From the NCBI GenBank assembly GCA_965228735.1, contig OZ245838.1, positions 192,001 to 256,000 on the forward strand: a stretch of DNA of 64,000 nucleotides. Reading direction: 5' to 3'. Below the pieces are notes generated by a model, which was not told the DNA's origin, did no database searches, and was given only the letters and a program-made list of their open reading frames with translations. This DNA comes from Planctomycetota bacterium (GTDB taxonomy: Bacteria > Planctomycetota > UBA1135 > UBA2386). The translations under genes and the position numbers were made by a program. Below are positions 60,464-64,000 of the stretch, piece by piece; the first letter of the stretch is position 1, and every line of letters starts with the position of its first letter.

Positions 60464-60477
60464 CCTTGATACAGCTG

Positions 60478-61458
60478 ATGGCAGGGGCTCTGACCACACT
60501 ACCGACCACGCTCAAGCTGCTCTCGGATCCGACCCGATTGCGGCTCTGCGCGTTGCTGGCCCGCCACGAGTTGGCGGTCCAGGAGATCGTCGCGGTCACG
60601 GGGCTGCAGCAGAGCCGGGTGAGCAACCACCTCTCGCTGCTGAAGCGCGCCGGCGTGGTGCGCGATCGGCGCGAAGGGTCGTGGAGCTTCCACTCGCTCG
60701 TCGAGCCGAGTGCGGACGGTCCGCTTTCGCCCGAGCTCTTCATGGCGACCGTGCAGCGCTGGCTCGAGTCCGAGGAAGGCGCGCCCGACGGCAAGGCCCT
60801 CGCGGCCGTGCTGGATCGCCGTCGCAGCAAGAGCCGCGAGATGCACGATCGCCTCGCCGACCAGTGGGCGGGGGCGCAGGACTTCGCGCTCGGCACGCTG
60901 CGCAGCGAGATCCTCGCGATGGCGTGGCCTTGCGGCGATGCAATCGTCGACCTCGGCTGCGGCACCGGCTTCCTCGCCGACTGGCTCGCGGGCCGCGGGG
61001 CACGCGTGATCGGCGTCGATCACAGTGCGCGCATGCTGGCCGAAGCGCGGCGACGCGCGGAGCACGAGATCGAGTATCGCCAGGGCGAGTTCGACGCGTT
61101 GCCGCTCGGCGACTGCGAGGTCGACGGCGCGTTCGCGAACCTGGTCTGGCACCACCTGCCCGACCACGAGGCCGCGGCGCGCGAGGTCTACCGCGTGCTC
61201 CGCCCGGGCGGCACGTTCGTCGTCTCCGACATGGCGCCACACGACTCCGACTGGATGCGCGAGTTCATGGGCGATCTACGTCTCGGGCTGCGGCCCGAAT
61301 CGCTCATCGCCGTGCTCGCGCGTGCCGGCTTCGAGCAGCTCAGCTCCGAACCCGTGCGCGACCGCTACCGCGTGAGCCGCCCCGATTCGGAGCCCATCGA
61401 CTTCTCCATGTTCGTCGTGCGCGGGCGTCGGCCCGCCGCGGCGGCAATCGAATCCTGA
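60478..61458 (+). CDS. sahR: ArsR-family regulator fused to SAM-binding methyltransferase domain (SahR-like)
   Basis: LSDPTRLRL, QSRVSNHLSLLK, VDLGCGTG, HHLPD, RVLRPGG; directly upstream of ahcY. Confidence 0.8.
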   Translation: MAGALTTLPTTLKLLSDPTRLRLCALLARHELAVQEIVAVTGLQQSRVSNHLSLLKRAGVVRDRREGSWSFHSLVEPSADGPLSPELFMATVQRWLESEEGAPDGKALAAVLDRRRSKSREMHDRLADQWAGAQDFALGTLRSEILAMAWPCGDAIVDLGCGTGFLADWLAGRGARVIGVDHSARMLAEARRRAEHEIEYRQGEFDALPLGDCEVDGAFANLVWHHLPDHEAAAREVYRVLRPGGTFVVSDMAPHDSDWMREFMGDLRLGLRPESLIAVLARAGFEQLSSEPVRDRYRVSRPDSEPIDFSMFVVRGRRPAAAAIES

Positions 61459-61500
61459 ATCTTTGAATCGACCCGATCCGGGTCAGAACACCTGAGAACC

Positions 61501-63000
61501 ATGACTACCACGAACGCCCCGAAGACCAAGAAGAAGGCGAGTTCCAGCAAGAAGAACATCCTGACGCCGGAGGACTACAAGGTCCGCGATCTCGGCGACG
61601 CCGAGTTCGGCCGCAAGGAGATCAAGCTGGCCGAGGTCGAGATGCCCGGTCTCATGGCCGCGCGTCGCGAATACAAGAACAAGAAGCCGCTGAAGGGTGC
61701 GCGCATCACGGGCTCGTTGCACATGACGATCCAGACGGCGGTGCTCATCGAGACGCTCATCGAGCTCGGCGCCGAAGTGCGCTGGGCGTCGTGCAACATC
61801 TTCAGCACGCAGGATCACGCCGCTGCCGCCGTCGCGGTCGGTCCGAAGGGCACGCCGGACAAGCCGCAGGGCGTGCCGGTGTTCGCGTGGAAGGGCGAGA
61901 CGCTCGAGGAATACTGGTGGTGCACCGAGCAGGCGCTGACGTGGCCGGGCCACGACGGCCCCAACATGATCCTCGACGATGGTGGTGACGCCACGATGAT
62001 GGTCATGAAGGGCGCCGAGTGGGAGAAGGCCAAGAAGGTCCCGGGCATCAAGAAGAACGACCCGGAGGACATGGTCGAGCTCATCAAGTGCCTGAAGAAC
62101 ACGCTCAAGCACAGCCCCAAGAAGTGGAGCAAGATGCTGCCGGGGATCCGCGGCGTCTCCGAGGAGACGACGACCGGGGTGCACCGGCTCTACCAGCTGC
62201 AGAGCGAGGGCAAGCTGCCGTTCCCGGCGATGAACGTGAACGACAGCGTGACGAAGTCGAAGTTCGACAACGTCTACGGCTGTCGCCATTCGCTCGTCGA
62301 CGGCATCATGCGCGCGACCGACGTCATGCTCTCGGGCAAGACGGCGGTGGTCATGGGCTACGGCGACGTCGGCAAGGGCTCGGCGCAGTCGCTGCGCGGC
62401 CAGGGCGCTCGCGTCATCGTCACCGAGATCGACCCGATCTGCGCGCTGCAGGCCGCGATGGAGGGCTACGAGGTCAAGACGATCGACGACGTCGTCGAGT
62501 TCGCGGACGTCTTCATCACCGCCACCGGCAACTTCAACGTGATCACCGTCGACCACATGAAGCGCATGAAGAACAACGCGATCGTCGGCAACATCGGTCA
62601 CTTCGACAACGAGATCGACATGGCCGGCCTCGAGAAGTTCCCCGGCATCAAGCGCGAGAACATCAAGCCGCAGACCGACCGCTACGTCTTCCCCGACAAG
62701 CACGGCGTCATCGTTCTCGCCGAGGGCCGCCTCTTGAACCTCGGCTGCGCGACCGGCCACCCGAGCTTCGTGATGTCGAACAGCTTCACCAACCAGGTGA
62801 TCGCCCAGATCGAGCTGTTCAACAACTTCAAGAAGTACGACAAGGGCGTCTACACGCTGCCGAAGCACCTCGACGAGAAGGTCGCGCGCCTGCACCTCTC
62901 GCATCTCGGTGCGAAGCTGACGAAGCTCAGCAAGAAGCAGGCGGACTACCTCGGCGTGAAGGCCGAGGGCCCCTACAAGCCGAACCACTACCGCTACTAG
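61501..63000 (+). CDS. ahcY: Adenosylhomocysteinase
   Basis: [51 protein letters not shown]. Confidence 0.98.
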   Translation: MTTTNAPKTKKKASSSKKNILTPEDYKVRDLGDAEFGRKEIKLAEVEMPGLMAARREYKNKKPLKGARITGSLHMTIQTAVLIETLIELGAEVRWASCNIFSTQDHAAAAVAVGPKGTPDKPQGVPVFAWKGETLEEYWWCTEQALTWPGHDGPNMILDDGGDATMMVMKGAEWEKAKKVPGIKKNDPEDMVELIKCLKNTLKHSPKKWSKMLPGIRGVSEETTTGVHRLYQLQSEGKLPFPAMNVNDSVTKSKFDNVYGCRHSLVDGIMRATDVMLSGKTAVVMGYGDVGKGSAQSLRGQGARVIVTEIDPICALQAAMEGYEVKTIDDVVEFADVFITATGNFNVITVDHMKRMKNNAIVGNIGHFDNEIDMAGLEKFPGIKRENIKPQTDRYVFPDKHGVIVLAEGRLLNLGCATGHPSFVMSNSFTNQVIAQIELFNNFKKYDKGVYTLPKHLDEKVARLHLSHLGAKLTKLSKKQADYLGVKAEGPYKPNHYRY

Positions 63001-63079
63001 GCGGTCCCGCGGAGCGGCGCGGCCGCTCCCGACGACGACGACGAGCCCGGATCCCGCGCTGCGGGGGGCGGGCTTGTCG

Positions 63080-63646
63080 CTAGAACACCGTGGCGCGCTG
63101 CAGCGGCCAGAACCGGACCCGCACCCGGCCCTTCAGCAACTTCTTGGCGACGAGGCCGAAGTCGCGGGAGTCACAGCTCACCGGGCGATTGTCGCCGAGC
63201 ACGAAGAAGTTGTCGGACGGCACCGTGAGGCGGGCGAGGTCGTGGTGGTCGTGGATACAGCCATAGTGGTCCACGGCTTCACCGTTGACGAACAGGTCGC
63301 CGTCGCGCATCTCGACCTCGTCACCGGGCAGCCCGACGACGCGCTTCACGAAGTCGATCGCATGGTTGCGTGGGTTGCGTAACACGACGACGTCGCCGCG
63401 CTCGACTTCGGACATCGAGTAGCTCACGCGGTCCACGACCAGCCGATCGCCGTCGAGCAGGCACGGCTCCATCGAACTGCCACGCACGATGGAGACCTGC
63501 AGCACGAACATGTGAATCGTGACCATCAGTGCCGCGCCGAGCACGGCGTCGATGGCGAAGCGCAGGCGGCGCGGTTTGCGAGGCCGCGCGGTGGTCTTCG
63601 GGTGGCGCGCCAGGCGTCGCGGGGCGAGGAGGGCCGGAATCCACAT
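63080..63646 (-). CDS. lepB: Signal peptidase I
   Basis: GSSMEP (Ser), FVKRVVGLPGD (Lys), FVLGDNR..SCDSRDFG. Confidence 0.92.
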   Translation of the reverse strand: MWIPALLAPRRLARHPKTTARPRKPRRLRFAIDAVLGAALMVTIHMFVLQVSIVRGSSMEPCLLDGDRLVVDRVSYSMSEVERGDVVVLRNPRNHAIDFVKRVVGLPGDEVEMRDGDLFVNGEAVDHYGCIHDHHDLARLTVPSDNFFVLGDNRPVSCDSRDFGLVAKKLLKGRVRVRFWPLQRATVF

Positions 63647-63920
63647 GCGTAGGACATCGTCGCGGCGCGCGGTCCGCCTTGACCCTTGTTCGCCGGCTCT
63701 GCGGGGATCACCGCACCGTCGCGGGCATCGTGAGCACGTGGCGTTCGTTCGAATTCCGCATTCCGTGAGGAGGAACTGCCCCATGGTCCCGCGGCTTCGG
63801 GTTCCGAACGCGCGCCATCGAATCTTGGAGTTCAGGTCTCGATCAAAAACTCCGATCTCTGAGATGCACAGCGTCCGATCCCGACTCGCCGGGATCGGCT
63901 GCGTGGAAAAAGGGGGGGGA

Positions 63921-64000
63921 ATGAATCATTCGACGTTGCATCAGATTGCCGGGCAGGAGCGCACGCGGCGCGAGATCCTGCAGCGCGGCGAGCTGATTCC
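63921..64000 (+). CDS. Possible 5' end of a gene running off the window (MNHSTLHQIAGQERTRREIL...)
   Basis: ATG after a G8 run, open to the window end; too short to assign. Confidence 0.3.
   Translation, partial: MNHSTLHQIAGQERTRREILQRGELI

Noticed and set aside
63647..63920. ncRNA or riboswitch in the long intergenic region
   Set aside because: I could not recognise any tRNA, SAM/SAH riboswitch or other family consensus by eye; an Rfam scan would be needed.

Overview
A very GC-rich, gene-dense bacterial chromosomal segment; protein style suggests Planctomycetota (inference). I found no rRNA, tRNA, CRISPR array, IS or prophage. Contents in order: pelG 3' end, eboA/eboB-like pair, MFS, hybrid histidine kinase, ychF, a frameshifted ~1,200-aa membrane protein, acyl-CoA dehydrogenase, a thiol/selenol redox cluster, GT9, an EamA / i-type-lysozyme-like / His-rich membrane protein operon, a complete trpEGDCFBA-aroF operon, lipoprotein MsrA, imuA-imuB-dnaE2, DmpA peptidase plus NYN nuclease, a MacAB-like ABC exporter, USP plus Lon-like protease, a dynamin-like GTPase, a beta-CA-like protein, four secreted proteins sharing an unnamed module, korAB, a TMTC-like glycosyltransferase, sahR-ahcY and lepB. 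The ORF track misses the most notable signals. (1) Two adjacent genes have an in-frame TGA exactly at the catalytic Cys position: an AhpC directly behind its Cys paralogue, and a signal-peptide TlpA with W-U-G-P-C. Each TGA is followed by a hairpin with the same CUC-UGNNN-GAG apex, pointing to a selenoprotein pair with a shared SECIS type. (2) A Trp-rich leader peptide and terminator sit upstream of trpE. (3) Several starts have leaderless-type promoters. (4) A ~120-aa module recurs in four secreted proteins, and six signal peptides end in A-Q. (5) Candidate LexA and SahR operators are present. All family calls come from reading motifs by eye; no database search was run.
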